32,000 nucleotides of DNA from Bellilinea caldifistulae (GTDB taxonomy: Bacteria > Chloroflexota > Anaerolineae > Anaerolineales > Anaerolineaceae), in assembly GCF_001306055.1 (NCBI RefSeq), contig NZ_LGHJ01000014.1, positions 150,001 through 182,000 on the forward strand, in the 5' to 3' direction. The notes under the pieces are model-generated. The model saw only the letters and a program-made list of their open reading frames with translations. It searched no databases and was not told the DNA's origin. Below, piece after piece: positions 30,068 to 32,000 of the stretch (position 1 is its first letter; every line of letters begins with the position of its first letter). The position numbers and the translations under genes were made by a program.

Positions 30068-32000
30068 TTATAAATTCAGCCAGCGGGTCGTAATGGCAGG
30101 CAATTCATTCAGCGTTCCGATATGCACTTTGCATTGTGGCAGGGATTCGATAAAAGCCTTGCCATACTGTTTGGAAAGAATGCGCCGATCAAGGATGACC
30201 ACCACACCACGGTCGGACTGGGTGCGAATCAGCCTGCCAAATCCCTGACGAAATCGTAAGATGGCTTCCGGCAACTGGTATTCATTGAACGGGTCATCAA
30301 AAGTTTCCGAGCGAGCCGCAATGATCGGGTCGGAAGGCACATCAAAGGGCAGTTTGACGATGACCAGCACAGAAAGCGCCTCACCGGGGATATCCACACC
30401 CTCCCAGAAGGCGCGGGTTCCCAGCAGAACGGCTTTATCGCTTTCACGAAATGTTTCCAGCAGGATATTGGCCGATGCGCCTTCGCCCTGTTCATAGACC
30501 TGAATGCCGGCTTCGAGCAAAGGCGGTGTGATCGCTTGAGAAGTGCGCCGCAGTTGGGCATACGACGTGAACAGTACCAGCATTCGTCCACCGGTTGCGC
30601 GCGCCAGCCGAATCAGGCTCTGTTCGACAGCGCGCTGGTAGCCGTTGGCATCGGTTGGCTCCGGAATATCTTTAGCGATGTAGAGCAGGGCTGCGTTTTC
30701 GTAATCAAACGGCGATCCGAGGATCAATTCGTCAGCCTCATCGGCATTCAGGCGCGAGCGCAGGTATTGGAATTCGCCTTCCGCCGTTAATGTTGCGGAG
30801 GTCAGGATTATGCTGTTCTTTTCATGCCACAAATATTTTTCCATCAGCGGTCCGATGTGCAGCGGGGCAATCTGCAGGGAAAGCCGGTTGTTGTTGGGAC
30901 TGATTTCCACCCAGTAAATGGCTGACGGATCGGGCTGGCTGACCAGCCCGTTGAGGTAAGCCTGTGCTTCGCTCAGTCGGCGGTGGATGCTGGCTAAATT
31001 CGCCAGAGTATCTTCAATTTCTTCCCCCAGCCGATCCAGTCCCTCGCTGATCCCTTTATGCAAGTCGGCAATCAGATTGAGCAGGAGGGAGAGGGTTTCG
31101 TTGGTGCTGTCCCATTCAATTTCAATTTCTGTCCAATCGGGTAATTTGCGGGTTGACGGCAAGATGCGTACTTGCTGTCCGTAAGGGCTGACCGGTTTAC
31201 CTTCGCGTGCGTTTTCCATGAACACTTCGATGCTCTTCAGGAATTGTTTGAGGTCAAAATCAAGGCGGGTGGCAAGGTCGGTTGCCCGCTGGACTGTTTG
31301 GTGGAGCAATGCCCACTCGGAGGGGCGCAGGTTTTCTTTCATCAAGGTCGTCAGTCGTCCCAGAACGCCACTGCTCAACCCGCCCAGTTCCTGTAACAGG
31401 CGACTCAGGTCGCTCTGGTTGACGCGGTAACTGAGCGCACTGGTAGAAGCCGATTCGATGTGATGACCTTCATCTACAATCAGGTACTGGTACTCAGGCA
31501 GTACCCGGCTGCCACTGACAACATCGGAGAGCAGCAAAGCATGGTTGACTATGATCAGATGGGCGCTCAGGGCTTGCTGGCGGGACTGGTAGAACGGGCA
31601 GGCTCCGCCCATACGGCTGACGCACACTTCGGCTTTGCAGCCTTCGTCCTCCGCAGAAAGACGCATCCAGACTTCCCGCTCGGCGGGGCCATTCAGATTG
31701 ATTTCCGAACGATCACCCCGGCCGCCTTCCTGCAGCCAGACCAGCACTTTGGCAAGCACACGCAGCTCTTCGGGCGTTTCGGGGCCTTTGTGGCGCAGGG
31801 CTTCTAAACGGCGCGGGCAGAGATAATTACTGCGTCCTTTCAGGACAGTAGCGCGCAGGTCGAGTTTGAGAGCGTCGCGCAGGTCGGGAATGTCTTTGTT
31901 GATTAATTGCTCTTGCAGGGTAATTGTATTGGTGGAGATGACTACGCGGGTGTTGTTCTGGATGGCCCACATAGCCGCCGGAACCAGATAGGCGAATGAC
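30068..32000 (-). CDS. dinG: DinG/XPD-family ATP-dependent DNA helicase with Fe-S cluster domain, 5' end beyond the window
   Basis: The reading frame stays open upstream of the M at 31972 to the window edge (...SFAYLVPAAMWA, matching the region just after Walker A in DinG). Four Cys residues fit the Fe-S domain (NYLCPRRL; GCKAEVCVSRMGGACPFY). DEAH-box variant LIVDEGHHIE, and motif VI QGFGRLIRTQSDRGVVVILDRR. Confidence 0.85.
   Translation of the reverse strand, partial: SFAYLVPAAMWAIQNNTRVVISTNTITLQEQLINKDIPDLRDALKLDLRATVLKGRSNYLCPRRLEALRHKGPETPEELRVLAKVLVWLQEGGRGDRSEINLNGPAEREVWMRLSAEDEGCKAEVCVSRMGGACPFYQSRQQALSAHLIIVNHALLLSDVVSGSRVLPEYQYLIVDEGHHIESASTSALSYRVNQSDLSRLLQELGGLSSGVLGRLTTLMKENLRPSEWALLHQTVQRATDLATRLDFDLKQFLKSIEVFMENAREGKPVSPYGQQVRILPSTRKLPDWTEIEIEWDSTNETLSLLLNLIADLHKGISEGLDRLGEEIEDTLANLASIHRRLSEAQAYLNGLVSQPDPSAIYWVEISPNNNRLSLQIAPLHIGPLMEKYLWHEKNSIILTSATLTAEGEFQYLRSRLNADEADELILGSPFDYENAALLYIAKDIPEPTDANGYQRAVEQSLIRLARATGGRMLVLFTSYAQLRRTSQAITPPLLEAGIQVYEQGEGASANILLETFRESDKAVLLGTRAFWEGVDIPGEALSVLVIVKLPFDVPSDPIIAARSETFDDPFNEYQLPEAILRFRQGFGRLIRTQSDRGVVVILDRRILSKQYGKAFIESLPQCKVHIGTLNELPAITTRWLNL

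Noticed and set aside
30068-32000. DinG-like helicase next to a large unknown protein, considered as a possible defence module
   Set aside because: The two genes are convergent and so do not form an operon. The helicase has the standard Fe-S/DEAH housekeeping DinG/XPD features. No nuclease, methylase, Argonaute/Cas or other defence-associated partner is visible in the window.
1-32000. Visual search for CRISPR arrays, tRNA/rRNA genes, IS elements, integrases and long repeats
   Set aside because: I saw no regularly spaced 25-40 nt repeats, no tRNA-like T-arm (GGTTCGAATCC-type) sequences in the intergenic regions, and no transposase- or integrase-like ORFs. All intergenic gaps are under 400 nt. 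A computational scan (tRNAscan-SE, Infernal, MinCED, ISEScan) would still be needed to exclude small elements.

Overview
Gene-dense chromosomal window, roughly 90% coding and mid-50s %GC by eye, with two short AT-rich intergenic islands. I count about 30 CDS. Reading by eye, I found no rRNA, tRNA, CRISPR array, transposase or integrase. The protein repertoire suggests a Chloroflexota/Anaerolineae-like bacterium, but that is inference only.

Content in order:
- A YacL-like PIN-domain membrane protein, truncated at the left edge.
- An ECF transporter module (fused EcfA-A' plus EcfT) with a convergent S-component gene, then an MFS transporter.
- A redox block: ECF sigma factor, soluble zinc-finger (ZAS) anti-sigma, stand-alone DUF2892 membrane protein, thioredoxin fused to DUF2892, and a membrane-anchored rhodanese.
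- Glycerate 2-kinase.
- MsrQ/MsrP, a TlpA-like lipoprotein thioredoxin and CcdA.
- An internally duplicated polytopic membrane protein.
- A second, dedicated ECF-type transporter: fused ATPase, an unusually long S-like component and a T component.
- A long minus-strand unit: OmpR-type response regulator, DHA2 MFS, small protein, MFS and a PreP-like M16C metalloprotease.
- A tight plus-strand operon of a C45 Ntn hydrolase, DUF368 and DUF1028-TPR.
- An 801-aa single-pass membrane protein with a degenerate PP2C-like N-terminus and a repeat-rich ectodomain.
- A DinG/XPD-like Fe-S helicase, truncated at the right edge.

Best candidates for undescribed biology:
1. The sigma/ZAS-controlled split-YgaP thiol/sulfur module. 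The sequence itself shows a duplicated ECF-type promoter motif, GTAACCTTTTG-N10/11-CGTC(T/A)AAAAG, upstream of the sigma operon and of the DUF2892/thioredoxin genes.
2. The C45-DUF368-DUF1028 operon, in which two Ntn-type hydrolases flank a putative polyprenyl-phosphate translocase.
3. The pseudo-PP2C/TM/propeller-like 801-aa protein.

All functional calls rest on motif recognition from memory. No database search was possible.
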